DNA of 64,000 bases from Octopus sinensis. Lineage: Eukaryota. This document shows, piece by piece, positions 1 through 14,519 of this stretch; position 1 is the stretch's first letter, and every line of letters begins with the position of its first letter. A program made the translations under genes and the position numbers. Location of the stretch: positions 81,158,001 to 81,222,000 of the forward strand of contig NC_042999.1 in assembly GCF_006345805.1 (NCBI RefSeq), given 5' to 3'. Below the pieces are notes generated by a model. That model saw only the letters and a program-made list of their open reading frames with translations. It had not been told where the DNA came from and searched no databases.

Positions 1-340
1 AGACAGAAAGACAGAAGGAAATACAGAGAGAAGTGCTGAGAGGAGGATAGAATGCAGAGGAAAGAGAAGTGAAGGGAAAGTGCTTCACTGTGTCGTAGAG
101 TAAATAAATGCCCAGCTCTTTCTACAAAATATGAGCAACAAGTAAAATAAGAAGGGGAAAATTATAAAGAATTATATAATCTGAAGTGGTCCGTTAGTAA
201 CCAGAAGTTACAGCTGTAAGACTACCTATCTCTTTATAAATTTCTTAGAAATTTGACACTGCCTAGGCTTTGATTTCTCATTTTATCTAACATATACACG
301 CTCATAACGACCCGTGTTACACTTCTCAATCTTAATGTTA

Positions 341-390
341 CCGAAGCCTTGTGAGTGGATTTGATAGACGGAAACTGAAAGAAGCCCGTC

Positions 391-461
<71 letters not shown>

Positions 462-638
462 TATATGTTTGTGTGTATGTGTTTAGCCCCCCAACATTGC
501 TTGACAACCGATGGTGGTGTATTTATGTCCGTCATTTAGCAGCTCGACAAGAGAGACCGATGGGGTGAATTTGCTCGACTAAATGCGGTGCTCCAGCATA
601 CCCGCAGTAAAATAACTGAAACAAATAAAAGAATAAAC
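341..638 (+). mobile_element. tRNA-derived SINE family A, 5'-truncated copy with internal (TA)n(TG)n tract
   Basis: Matches the full copy at 61504-61941 from gccttgtgagtggattt..gacggaaactgaaagaagcccgtcg through the microsatellite to the gctcgactaaa..ctccagcat..aaaagaataaa tail. Confidence 0.85.
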
Positions 639-723
<85 letters not shown>

Positions 724-3700
724 GTGAATGAGAGACAGACAGAGACTGAGAGAGTGAAGGAGAGGAACTCACAGATATCGAGATGCACAGATTCAAGGGG
801 CCTTAGAAATCATTGGATTTATTAACACTTTTTCACAAGAAATTTTAGTTGTTGAAATTCACATAACAACAAAACACTAGTTCCCACAATTTATTTAACG
901 GGGAAAATCCCCAAATTTTCAGTTTAAGATAATTTTGGCGTCTAAATGAATTACACATACCTGACAATGCTTAGATGTTTCAACATGATGCAAGACTAAA
1001 TTCACTTAGAGAAATAACAATCCCATTACTAGATTATTGACACGAATTACTACATCCCATAAATTACCTATTTTAGAATTTAGAAGTCATTGACATTTAT
1101 CACTTTCTGTGGAAGTATTTAGCTGCGAAACTATTTCCATGATATTAGGATATATTATCTTAATGTGCTATTTATTAAATTCTGCAAGGGACACCAAAAT
1201 ATCTGATTGGTTATTTAAATACAATTATCTGGCCATAAGACATTATTTCTACTCATATATGATTATGCGTGTCTCACAATGTGCGTCTACGTTCAAGTGA
1301 AGATATTTGTGTATTGGAGTGTATATTTGTGAATGTTTGTATATATTCGTATTAAAGTATGTGTGTGTGCGTGCTTAAGTTAACTGTTCATAAACCGCAA
1401 TAGCATTGTGAACAACTGACGGTAACAGACCACTTTCATTCGTTTAACAACAGAAGTAACATATTAATAAAACATTAAGGTTAAAGTATTTGGCACTAAA
1501 TTCAACTAAGCATATTTATGTGGTATTGTAGGATTAATCTAGCAGTCATAAGAGTCGTATAATAATCGAAGAAATTTGATTTACAGCCCCACTTAGTGTT
1601 ATATTTCTATATTGGTTTGTTAAATTCATTGGTGATTATGTATTAAGAATTTTCTACTTTGTTTCAAGCAACATTGTATCAAGATTTATTGATATGATTA
1701 AATACAACCCCAACAAATAATTAGATATTCACGTGTATTTCACAATTCTCCTGTACTATCTATTTTGCTACACCTGTAGTTTACATTCATTACTTTGCTT
1801 TGTACATATATTCCTATTTTGGAAAAAAAGAAAAGAATTCTTATTTATTAGAAGTATCAAATAAATGATAAGGAGTGAAAGTAGAGGGGATTCAGAAACA
1901 TACCTTAAAAGGAGTTCAAAACATCTTTGTACATTTGAATGCTTTTGTGAGATCCGTTGATTTCGTCAGTTTTTAAAATAATGTCGAAAATATATCAGAT
2001 ATATACAAGACTTAAAACGGGTTATTGCTTATTTAAATATAATTGTCTGACCATTATTCAACACAAAGAAACTATAACTTCTGAAACGGGGTTCTTATTA
2101 CTGAGTATAAGTACCAAATTGATTTACAATCAAGTTACAGAGTCGAACAAATGGTTACGTTGTATTTGAATACATCCACCCCAATCCCGTTGAGAGAGAG
2201 AATTTTCTATTTAGCATTCCTGTGTCTAGATAAGGACATTATTGAATCAACTGCCCCCTCCTTCATATTTTGAGGATTTTAGCCAATAAAAGAAACCATC
2301 ATGTAATATAAGATTTGTGTTATAATTAACAAAGAATGTGTAACATATTTCATGATTCGATGCCTCTTCTAGATATGTTGCTCTCTGTGTATCAAATATT
2401 AAGTTACATGCATATTAAGTTACAAAATCTTGCAGATTACGCATTGAAAGTTACTCCTGGAATACAAAGTGTGTTAACTACAGAAATAATTCATAGTATC
2501 TTCATGTGCGATTCTGATAAATATTACTGTATCTTTACTCTATGTTAAGGCGGTCGAATCTTGAAATAATGCAAAGTGGCGCTATAGAACATTTTCAGTA
2601 TTTCGCTTCAGTCATCAGGTCGTCTCCTTTCAGTTTCTTCTACAGACAACAGCATTCATCCCTTCTGGACGAAAAGGGTGTGTACCAATAATTATAATAA
2701 CCTGGTGTCTCATGTTTTGAATTGAAAGCTTTCAGCGACAATCGTTTAAGAAAATCAAAATTACATTTAAGAAATTGAACAGCGTCGGGTATATGGAAGG
2801 TGATTCATAAAAATAAGGATACTCAACTATATTCCTAAACACTGCAATATGTTCTATTAATCAGGCTTTCGGAGAAAACTGACCACCATAATAACAAGAT
2901 GAAAAATTTGGGAACACATCCTTAAAATACTGAAATCTACGGAGTTAGTTTCCTTGCCGGAAACAACTCACCATTTGCTAAAACAGTTTCCTGCGTTATA
3001 TAATCAAAACAAAAGAATATTCACAAACATAATTCGGGTCAGTATTTGAAACGTATATAAATAAAGCTTTTGTGAGCCAACTTGCTAGTTAACGCTTTCA
3101 CTTCATCGGCGTTTCACCAGTCAACTGGTGAGAAAATTATTTACATTATATTTCAAGTTCTTAATCTTACATACCTTAACAAATTCTGCTTAACGGTACA
3201 TCTAATCTAATAAGATTGACTGTTTGCATAAATGTGTGCCTATCTGTCATTATTGAAGTATTCTTTGCAAAATACCTCTACCACAAGTAAAAGTTCATCT
3301 CAATTAGAATCTGTCAGATAGGATCGATAATTGCTCCAATTCAAATAAATTCATTTAATGCATTGATACTTTTAGAAAGTCATCAACGATATATATTCTC
3401 TTTCCTTTCGTTTCAGCATATGTTTATAATTCTACGTTGTATAACAGTTGGACTTCGCCAAAATATAGGAAAATAAAATTAAAAAAAAAGAGATTGATAT
3501 ATGGATGGAGAAGAGTTAGGGAGACCGTTATAAATCGCGTTTGGTGCCACTCAGTATTCAGCATAGAAAATAAAGAAAAGAGATAACACAAACATACTTT
3601 AGGATTTATTAAATATGCTTAGAAACGTTTGTGTCAGACTGGACTGAGTAAAATGTAAATCTGTATTCATTATGACAACTGAACATTTTTTTTTATATTT

Positions 3701-4273
3701 CTATTGTAAACAAATATTATAGTCGCGGCTTATGAGACACATGTTGAGAATTCAATATAGTGGTATGCCTATTATCAAAAGCCTTTTTGCTGTAGCTATT
3801 TCGTTTTTCAGGAATGGTTTACTTGAAAGTGTTTATATGAACGCACTTTTTAAAAATGATGTAGACAATAATGTTAGAGAAATTCAGAATAAATGTTCAA
3901 CGATTTGCGATAACTCGGCAGAATCTCCCTCAACAGCTAATCATTTAATGTACAGGCTGATATATAAATAATGTTAGTGAAACGATAACTGCCAACTCAA
4001 ACAATACAACACGATTTGAGACGTATTATATTGCAGCAGTAAATAGTTGAATATGATTGTGTGTTGAAATTAAATTATGTCAAGTCGGTCTCAGGTCATT
4101 CACAGAGATATAGCGTAATGAAATATATGGGGACCAATCTCATTTCTAATATATTAAATAATACTAAGTCGGTTGCATACACATAAATATATATGTGTAT
4201 ATATGCGTATAAGTATGTGCAGGTGTGAGTGTGTATGTGTATACATACATACATACATATATATATATAGAGA

Positions 4274-4304
<31 letters not shown>

Positions 4305-4394
4305 GCACATATATGTATATATATATATATACATACACACTCACATATACACATACATATACGCATATTCTCACATACATTTAGGAAATTTCTT

Positions 4395-4740
4395 TGCAAA
4401 ATCATCTTTCCTGTCTCGCTGATCTTTTCCTATCTTCCCACTGATCACTAACGTCATCTTTCTGATCTGCTAAAAATTTCGAACTAGACGTTGAATTATT
4501 CCTTTTCTCGCTTTATTCGCTAACTTACAGGATATTTTCCCATGTCTCACTGCTATTTTCCCTGGTCTCACCGCGGCTTCTCATGATAGCCATATCTTTC
4601 CTCATCTCTCACTTCTTCATTATGTTATCTCCTTATTCCTTGTTTCGTATTTCTATATGGATTTCATGGCAAGAGTCTCGAGTGACAGTCTCCTATTTTC
4701 TGACTTAATAACTCGCTAGATCTTTCCTTGTCTGGCTTTA
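4395..4740. repeat. Degenerate pyrimidine-rich minisatellite (unit like atctttcctggtctcactg)
   Basis: Recurrent variants atctttcctgtctcgctg, atattttcccatgtctcactg, tattttccctggtctcaccg, atctttcctcatctctcact, atctttccttgtctggct. Confidence 0.5.
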
Positions 4741-5096
4741 CCCTTCTCTGGATGTTCAATAGAGCAAGACAAAATGGACTAAACAAGAAATTTCTTCCCC
4801 CATTTGTTATACACTCGTTTCGTCTGACGACTTCTACATTTCTCTTGCACTATAATTCGCTCGCCTCAGCAGTTGTCTTGTTGATCTCATAAATTATCCA
4901 TTTGCTCTTATTAATTGAATTATCTTACAGCAACGAATCAAACCATACCTATACAAAACCAGCCCGTTAAATTGAGGACACTTTTCAGGTGGTCGCAACT
5001 AAAGTATATCCTGGTGATCTTATAGTTTTCTGATATTCAAACGTTTTATGCTCAGTCAAAATACTTTAAACAAAGAGATACGTTATAATTTCTCAC

Positions 5097-5155
<59 letters not shown>

Positions 5156-5491
5156 CTTTCTCTGCCTTTCTGTAACCTGAACATCAGAACGCCACACCTC
5201 CGCAAAAATTATATTTTCAACTCTCCTCCTCTAACTTCAAATAACTTTATTTTAACCATGTAATATATATTACGTTCCTCCCAGCTCACGATGCGGAGGC
5301 TTGTCGTTGCCTCTTTTTCTTTCTCGCTATTCCCGTCTCATTATTCACCTTATCCTCTTTTTCTCTCTCCCACTTTCTCTCTATCCATCCTTTCTTTATA
5401 CCTCTTCTCTAATCACGTGAAAGTGTTACCGTCGGGGTAAGTAAAGCAATAACAAGCAGAATAATTATAAGATAATACTGATGATAATGGG

Positions 5492-5494
<3 letters not shown>

Positions 5495-5568
<74 letters not shown>

Positions 5569-5582
5569 TAATAATAATAATA

Positions 5583-5621
<39 letters not shown>

Positions 5622-5730
5622 ACGATAAAAAGCAACAGCAATAACAGCAACGGCAACAACAGCAACAGCAACAACAACAACAACAATAATAATATTTATA
5701 ATAATAATAATAACAATAATAATAATAATC
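5495..5730. repeat. Compound trinucleotide microsatellite (CTA)n(AAT)n(TAT)n(CAA)n
   Basis: Direct reading; explains the poly-I/L/N ORFs. Confidence 0.95.
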
Positions 5731-5764
5731 TTTTCTACAAAAGGCAAAAGGCCTGTAAATTTAT

Positions 5765-5947
5765 GGGGAGAGGCGGGGGAACTAGCTGATTTCGACTCCG
5801 GTGCGTAAATGGAACTTGATTTATCGACCATGAAAAGATGAAATGCAAAGTCGTCTTTGGCGGAATTTAAAATCAGAACGTAAGGATGCACGAAATACAA
5901 CTAAGCAGTTTGCCCGGCGTGATAACGATTCAGCCAACTCTCCGCCT
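5765..5947 (-). mobile_element. tRNA-derived SINE family B, degenerate
   Basis: Reverse complement gives a head aggcggagagttggctgaatcgtta..ttacgttctga..aaattccgcc and a tttcatctttt..gtcgataaa core shared with 17949 and 57762. Confidence 0.7.
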
Positions 5948-6024
5948 AAGTAGTAGTAATAATAATGGTAAAAATAATAAAAACAACAATAATAATAATA
6001 ACAACAACAGCAGTAATAATAATG

Positions 6025-6060
<36 letters not shown>

Positions 6061-6081
6061 TAATAATAATAATAATAATAA

Positions 6082-6605
6082 ATGCCCTGATGCAGTGCCA
6101 GGCAGTGGCTGAAAAGACTTCTGATCTTAATTGATTGGAAGTGTTATCATGTACATTGTTTTGTCATGGTATAAAAAGATGGGCTACAGCAAATATTCTG
6201 TTCAATACCACAGATTTGCATGTCAGTTGCTAGACCTTATCCAGCTGATCACGAGCAGAAGTAGTTGGGGAAGTATCATAGCCATGTGTTGAGAGGAATT
6301 CTTTGGGGTTTGGATATTTCACCTTTGGAAACATGGGTTTTTCGTTCATCATCCTTAAACAAACCTTGTTCAGGGATTTTTGAGTGGAATGAGCTACTCG
6401 AGTCAAAGAAAATTATAACTTCAAGATCATACGCTGTTTATCTCGGTATAAGATCACTATGTCATGCACATATGGTTGTGATGCATATGCCCGACGTACC
6501 GTTATCAAACGAGTAGTCATGATGGGTACACTGGGCTTCGTATATTTTTCCCCAGTGTCACTTTGATAGTATATACTACTCTCTCGCTAAATAACAATAA
6601 TAACT
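6082..6605 (+). mobile_element. About 520 bp non-coding interspersed repeat lying between (AAT)n tracts (probable retroposon)
   Basis: Complex-sequence block sharply bounded by (AAT)n on the left and an aataacaataataa tail on the right; resembles a common octopus repeat from memory, not verified. Confidence 0.45.
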
Positions 6606-6844
6606 ACAATAAGTATGTATAGCAGTTACATATAGTCCACCCAAACGTACACAAATATGCATGTGTTTGCTTGCGTGTGTATATAAGCACATGTGTATCT
6701 ATGTGGGAGTGAATATAAGTGTGTGCGTATTGTGTCTGTGTATACATACATACATACATACATATATATATAAATATATATATATATACATATAAATTTA
6801 TATTTATGTGTGCATATATACATATATATGTGTACATATATACT

Positions 6845-6905
<61 letters not shown>

Positions 6906-6954
6906 GTATATATATATATATATATATAAATATATATACACACACACACACACC

Positions 6955-7012
<58 letters not shown>

Positions 7013-7470
7013 CTGTACGTATGTATGTATATTGTGTGAGTGTGCGTGCTTGTAAGTATGCAAATATATTGTAATCTCCCGTGTTTTCATACAGTTGTTA
7101 ATATACTTATGAAACTTTCATAAACATTATTCAATATTTTACATTTTTTCATGAAGTCATTATGAGGAGATTATTTATCAGAATTCTGAAATCGACAAGA
7201 AGGCACGAGAAAAAAAATAAAACATATATATATACACACACACTACAAAAGGTATTTAAAAGTTTTAAACATTTGCTGCTTTCTTTTATCTCGTATTTTT
7301 CCTTTTTCGTCTTGGAACAGAATATTTCCGACAGAAATTTCATGCTAATAACATAAACAGCAACATCGTCACCACCAAGAACAATAGAATCTCCTTTTCT
7401 ACCTTCTTATCCTCCGCCGCCTCATCGTCCCCCACCAGCACCAGCACCACCGCCGCCGCCGCTGCTGCTG

Positions 7471-7504
<34 letters not shown>

Positions 7505-7812
7505 AGCATTGATATAAAGAGATCTATGATGATAACGTTGATGATGGTAATTGTAATAATAAGAACAGCAGCAAAAACAACAAGAACAATTGAAGACAAA
7601 AAAGAACAAATAAAATAAATTATATGTGCGCTACACTTGAATAATATGGATGCATGAATTAATTTAAATAGGAACAAGTCTCCACAAATGAAATGCAAGT
7701 CATTTAAATGAAATCTACATGAAAGAATAGAAAAATGCAATGATATAGGCAACCACTGCAATAATAATGCCAGGTGTGAATATTAAAGTAACACACGCAC
7801 ACACAGACACAC

Positions 7813-7862
<50 letters not shown>

Positions 7863-7933
7863 TTATAGATAGATAGAAAGTTAGATATACATATCTATAC
7901 ATATATATGTACATGTGTGTGTATGTTTGCATG

Positions 7934-7965
<32 letters not shown>

Positions 7966-9037
7966 TTTACATACATACACACACATACATACGTATATTC
8001 ATAAGCATACATATGTATGTACGTATATATACATATATCATTAGTACCGTATTTCAAAATAAACTATTTTAAATTACTTTTCCCCGTATTACATATAGAT
8101 TCATTCATACATACGTACATACCTATATCTGCGTGTGAATGTCTGAACATTTGTGTTTCTACGTTGTGTTGTATATAAGGTTATACGCACACATACGTAG
8201 ACCAAAATATAGCATAGTTGCTTGTTAACAGCTGTGCATAAGGTATGTTACATTACCACTCGACTTTTGGTAATTTTATGGCAAATCGGGTATTGTAGAA
8301 ATCATTATGCGATTGTATCTTGATCTATTCAGATATATTTTAAAGTTACCATTATAAATTCTGTTGTAATATTTTAAAGGTGTACGTGCTTACAAGCGTC
8401 TGATTCGACAAAGGTGACTGATGGATAGGAAAACAATATGTGTACATGTTTGGTCTTTATGTTTATGCGTAATTTACCGACTATATCGATATACTTTAAG
8501 GAAAAAGACCTTCGCGTGAAGAATCCGCATCGTATATATATCTGTGTGAACATTTATTTAAATAGAACGACTGATAAGAAAATGTATGTTATTTAAGGAG
8601 CCATTGGCGAGATTTCTGCATATTATTTATGAATATAGCAACGCGTTTGAGGCCGTTAACAGATAACTGAGGCTGGTTTGATACTTTTGCTGTAACGTTT
8701 CAAATTTGAACTATACCATGAAAGCATAAATCATTGAATGATTTATGCTATGCATGGTGGATGGCTGAGTTAAAAAGGACCATGTAATAATTCTAGGGCA
8801 AATCATTCTTTTGCGAGGTCCAAATGAGAATTGTGATGTTAGTATCGAATAACAACTGCGATCAAGCTGCTAAATCTTTCTTTATTTCAAGTGAAGTACT
8901 TTTTCCTCCTATGTAAATGCGCCTGCAGTCGAAATTGCGAGGATGATCCGATTCTTGACTGAAGGCTTCGAATGTCCCGTCCGTGTTTTTTGTATCGTCT
9001 TCTAAATGTTTTGCGTTCTTGTCTAAGTTTGTATTTT

Positions 9038-9116
<79 letters not shown>

Positions 9117-12100
9117 TTATATTTTATATGGAAAGCTGATATTTCTAGACAGTTATAATTTTGTGAATAGCAGATATATTTTAAGATATTGAAGGTTAAG
9201 CCTGCGACAGACTGGCGTTTCCTTCTGGGGGGAGATGTTGGCATCACCGCCTAGCCAGTTGGGTAACATCTTTGAAAGCCGAAGAATGTGAGGAAGCGCA
9301 TTGTACAAAACACCCGATATCTTGAGTTTGTTTGAAACCACAGAACATTGCATGTATTAATTAGAGTAAAATGCACATTTTGTAGGATTTTTATGTGGAT
9401 AAAATATTTCTCAAATATTAAGCAAAATTTCAGATCGGAAATTCCTAAATTGTACAGGATTGAAAACTGTATCGCAACAACTCAAAATCATCATAATGTT
9501 GTCGACTAGGGTACGTGCAATGCTGAAATATTTCGATTGTTTCATCTTGAAGAAATGCAGTAATAGTAAATAGAGTCTAAGCATTTTTATGAAACTATTA
9601 TGAAGGCAGACCATTTCAAAATATTGCTTACTGTAAATTAAAATAGTTTCGATTTTCCTCGAAAGATTCGGATTTCGATGTTTCGGACTGTGCCCTAATA
9701 TCTAAATGAAAATTCTAAATCGTATTTGCTAAATGTTAATAACTGCTTTTTATGAAGCTGGTCATACTAATAACTACTTCATAATAGTAATGTTTCCATT
9801 AATTTCTACGTCTCTTTCTTGCTAGTGTTTATCCATTTGTACTTGAGGACATATAGCTTCAGATGTTCTTTTGCTATTTTTGAAAACTTTTTCTGCTTAA
9901 ATAGCGAGTGAGACTAAAAGTTGTCTTTTTACCAGTATAACCCGGATTTTAGTATGAACTGGAAACATATTGTTATTTTCGACTACAAAAGTGCTGTCTT
10001 GGGTATAAGTCTGATTCAATTATATTAATAGACCTCTTTCACTATTTATATTTGTCTAATTTTAAAGGGTTTCCTTTCATAACTTATTTTCGTCTATATC
10101 TTTCTTAATTATAAATAATGTAGTACTTGTTGCAGGAATAGCAATAGTGATTATAGTAACAACAGCACCATAAATAGAGTGGTAGTAGAAATAGCTGTTG
10201 TTGTAGATGCAGCAACAGTATTCGTGTAGTAGAAGTAGTAGCTGTTGTGTATATATGCTAGCGCCCTTGTATATAGATGTTAGCGCCCGGTAAGCTACTG
10301 TTGTGTTCTTATAGACGATTACATTGTCCAATATATCCTGGTCTATCTGTTGCTTATATCAGTTTGGTATACGACGAGGAATGTTCCCTTATCGGCTCGA
10401 CTGGACAATCCTTTCTTTTTAATAGCATAACAAAAGAAAAAATATAATATTCTCCATTCTTCAGTTAGTGTTAAAATCTGTTGCTAAAACTAGTGACAGT
10501 ATGTCTCCAGGTATGCTACACGCGGGAGTATGAAGAGAAAATGATGGGAAAAGACATGTTTTACTGAGGTCTTGGTTGCCTAGGTTATCAGCATTTAAAA
10601 TTCAACAACCATTGTTTGTCTTATGTGTTGCCTCACTGGAGGAAAGCGAAAAATAAACTAGTATAAGAAATAATATGGCGAAAATAATACTTCTACGTTT
10701 CAAAGGCCAATCCAACCCTATTTACCTAGGTTTTATCCCTCAAATGAGACACTAGAGGTCGCAGCGAAGCTGCTGCTACCCGAGGAATGCAATGATGTTT
10801 AAATCTGGCAATGTTGATTTATCTCATAGTCTGGTATATTCGATTTTAAAAGGAGGAAAGAAATGATGACCCACCTACTACACTAGTACCAGTTTAAGCA
10901 TTGAAAATACATATGAATAGCTTAGATGAAATGTAACGACTTTAGCCAATATGAATGTTGTTGCTTTTTTCTAAATTTCTTACAGTATATATGGTCGAGT
11001 GGAAGTTGTTTAGAATTAGTTTTATGATATTGTTTAGCGAATGATTCACATCTAATATAACAAAGTTACAACCAGAACATTCATATATTTCTGGTTCTGT
11101 TTGCCATGTTCGTTTATGTGGATCGTTTACGAACTTCAATTTTTCTGTGAAATTGCGTATTTTTATATATTCCATGGTTGAATGTTGATTTATAACAGCA
11201 TGTCTGTGATTCAGAAGCATATCATTATGTTATTGAAAGCTCAATCCATGCATACACACACACACAAATATACACATACGCATGCGCACATGAACACACA
11301 TATGTTGGCAATTCCTTCTCATGGTGTCGTGGATTCATGTGCTTGGGTTTTGAAAATACCGAGGAAATTTATATTGGGTAAATTGGTTTAGTGATTTTAT
11401 TGACAGTTCAAAACTGATAAGATATTTATTAGATTTTCGTCACCATTTTCTAATTTATACTCTTTCTTGTATTGCGCAATTGCTAGGCAAGCGTCTTAGA
11501 ATTAACTGTTCGTCATAGGCGATGGACTGCTAATAGGAGCAAGCTATCCTATCGAACGTTGAGTTCTATAATGTTGAATCGAATGAACATATACGTTTCT
11601 CTCATTATGCTGTGGAAGCGTTCGATTGAGGATTTAGTCTACCGGTGTATTGGTGCCGTCAGTTTAATTTTAGGATCGATATTTTGTCGGCTTTATTGAT
11701 GACGATTCTATAGTTTCCCTTCATCAGACGTATTAAACTGCATAGACTCCAATTGTAAACGGATCACCTACGAAGGATATCCGATTCCAAGGCTATTTGA
11801 ATAAAGTAATCAAGTATCTAGTCACAAGATCACTATCTTCAATATTACTTAGTGTCACTTAGGCGGAATTACACGCCAGATTTTTTTTAGGTATAGAATT
11901 TCAGAATAAAGAGAAATTGAGACAAATTTTAAAAGAACTTAATGGCAAGATTACTTGGGCCGCCATTTCTTATTTCAGACCACAAAAATAATTTGTGAAG
12001 CCACGACAAGATTTGATTCCTAATATTCTTTAAGTGATAGAAGAGACAGTTTAATGGGGTTAAGTTGTTGGAGGCCAATGATTTTAAGAGTTTTGTGACG

Positions 12101-12210
12101 GTGGTTATTGAAATATATGCATATGGCTTTAAGTCTCTGTATACATTCATGCCAAATAATGAAGCAATCATCTAGATGTCTCTTCCAGTTACTTTCTATC
12201 TATAAGGGGA

Positions 12211-13660
12211 ATGCCAACCTTTGCTAAACTAGTCATGGGGTTCCTTGAAATCAAACTTTATCCTAAGGTACTAGAAAAATACGGAAACCCATTCTCTCCA
12301 GTGGCGGACTGACCAGGCTACCAGCTTGCCTGATCGCAAGTAGGCCCCTGCGCCATTAGAATTCATATAGGAGGGCCCATGTTAGTATCTAAGGGGCCCA
12401 TCATCTCAAGTTTGAGAATTTTTTATTCACTCCTGGAAGTATGCATTAATTATTTCAACCTGGCTGTGCTTGTAGAAAAGAATACATTTAACAAAAGAAA
12501 AAAATAAATGATTGTATAGTAGTTGCGGGTCGTCCCCCTTAGTCTCATGGCAACCAATATTTTCAGATTCAATCTGCCACTGATTCTTCCCGTACATAGA
12601 AAATAACTGGAAGAGATATCTAGATGACTGTTTAATTCTTTGGCATGAAAGTATGGAGAGACTTAAAGAATATCAAGCACCTCTAAATGGACTTGACATT
12701 GATATTCACTTTACGATGGAATATAGCCATCAACAACTTCCATTCCTCGACATCCTCTTTAAGAAATGTAGCAACAAAATAGAAACAGACATATGCCATA
12801 AGCCCACAAACTCCAAGCAATATCTACCGTCCAACTCATGCCCCCCAGGCACATCAAAAGGAATTTCTTTTTCAGCCTGGCAAAAAGGATTTGCACTATA
12901 GTATCTGATACAAACATCAGGGACACACGACTAAATGAGCTAAAGGATACACTCATCAGCAGAAACTACACACCATCAATAATTGTTATAAGTTATCAAT
13001 ATGCCCTACAACTCAACATCGACGAACTGAGACACATCAAACTAAAGAAGGATTTACAAGGGAAAGCCCTACTATACATATCCACATACAACCCCCTAAA
13101 CAATGCGGCCTTTGACATCATCCTCCAGAACATTTCTTTATTAAAAGGGGATTATAGAATGAAACAAATCCTCCAAACACACAACATCATAAAGAGCTAA
13201 AAACAAACTAAGTCAATTAGTCTTCTCACACAGGCCCAAGTACTCGTTAACAACATTGAAACCGACAGTAAAAAATGCGGAAGACCTAACTATGTACTTG
13301 AAGGAATGGATTTCTTCTCCAAACAAGGTCAACGTTTTGCAGTGAAAAACAACTTCACATGTGCTTCGAAATATCTAATATGTGTGTTAACTTGCCCAGG
13401 ATATCAAGAGTAATACATTGGTCAAACTAAATATAGCCGACACCACAAGATGACCGCACATAGATCCCAGATTAAAATACGGGAATGCAAAAAATAGCAT
13501 GAAGTGAATACATCGACATTTGCGCCACTAACAAACAACCCAACTTTAGATTTTTCCCCTCTATAAATTCAAGAACAATGTAACCTATAATCAACGCATT
13601 AGCAAAGAATCTTATTTTTTCACGAAATATAAAACTCTTTTGAATGCTTCCACCACAGAT
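12211..13660 (+). mobile_element. Decayed Penelope-like element: RT C-terminal half, thumb and GIY-YIG endonuclease
   Basis: MPTFAKLVMGFLEIKLY..(MITE)..NNWKRYLDDCF (YLDD at 12617-12628); IHFTMEYSHQQLPFLDIL..IETDICHKPTNSKQYL; NFFFSLAKRICTIVSD..RLNELK; FTCASKYLICVLTCPG..YIGQTK near 13350-13430; several frameshifts and stops. Confidence 0.92.
12299..12582. mobile_element. hAT-like MITE (284 bp) inserted in the PLE RT
   Basis: Termini CAGTGGCGGA / TCTGCCACTG (9 of 10 inverted match); 8-bp flanks attctctc (12291-12298) and attcttcc (12583-12590); removing it restores the frame KYGNPFFPYIENNWKRYLDD. Confidence 0.85.
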
Positions 13661-14130
13661 GACACTACTACAAGGATCTTAGAGTAATATCCACGCAAAT
13701 ATTTAAAACGATAGATATATTCAGAACAGTCGCTTCCCATCAGTTTATTTAGAACAATTCCAACCACTACTGCCACAACCAAAACAGGCTACTATAAGTG
13801 ACTTGACTATTAAGGAAGATTCCACGAAGTCTACTGCTGGGTCATCCTTCCTCGACCTTCCTCATCTTTCTTCTTCTTTTTCTTTCTCTTCTTCTTCACC
13901 GTCTATCTCGGCTGCTGCTGATTAAACCATCAATCTTCGTATCAACATAAAAACTATTTCTTCAGGTCTCTACTATTAGGAGTCTTCACAAAGGAAAAGA
14001 GGAAGAGAGATAGAGAGACAGACATACAGACAAAAGGAAAATGTCCTACTTATTTGAAAACTATGAAAATATTTACAAAACATTTCAATTAAATATTTCT
14101 TCAATTTAATTGTTTTTTCTTGCTTTACTC

Positions 14131-14168
14131 TTAGTTGAAAAAGTCGAAAAGATTGAAACTGGTACTAA
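14131..14168 (+). ncRNA. Minimal type I hammerhead ribozyme motif, U3-A8 core variant
   Basis: ttag-TTGAAAA-agtc-gaaaa-gatt-GAAA-ctgg-TA-ctaa; stem I ttag/ctaa, stem II agtc/gatt; about 470 bp downstream of the PLE ORF on the same strand. Confidence 0.65.
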
Positions 14169-14346
14169 TCTTTACAAAAATTACTTCATAAAAATTATTT
14201 TAGCATTTTCTATCTTCTCTCATTTTCCTAATACATATCAACTCGTCTGTTACTCTTCAACATTCTACGCATACGCATATATATATATATATATTATATG
14301 TGTGTATTTATATCTATCTATCTATACATACATACATACATACATA

Positions 14347-14410
<64 letters not shown>

Positions 14411-14519
14411 TTAGTACTGTATCACTGTACCACTGCAGTAATGTACGGACCAGGATATCGAAAGTTGTTATAAAATGCTGTTCACAATGCGCTTCTTCGC
14501 ACAATTGTAGCTTCTGAAT

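Noticed and set aside
3812-3971. Possible terminal coding exon after a good acceptor (tttcgtttttcag) reading NGLLESVYMNALFK..LIYK*
   Set aside because: No recognisable protein and no partner exons found; needs RNA-seq or a translated homology search
5280-5443. Strong donor-like ggg|gtaagt after a pyrimidine-rich stretch (possible non-coding exon)
   Set aside because: A lone splice motif is expected by chance in 64 kb
11630-11735. Minus-strand gtctgatgaaggg.. with a distant accggtagac resembling a hammerhead
   Set aside because: GAAA is missing and the spacing is wrong; cannot be folded convincingly
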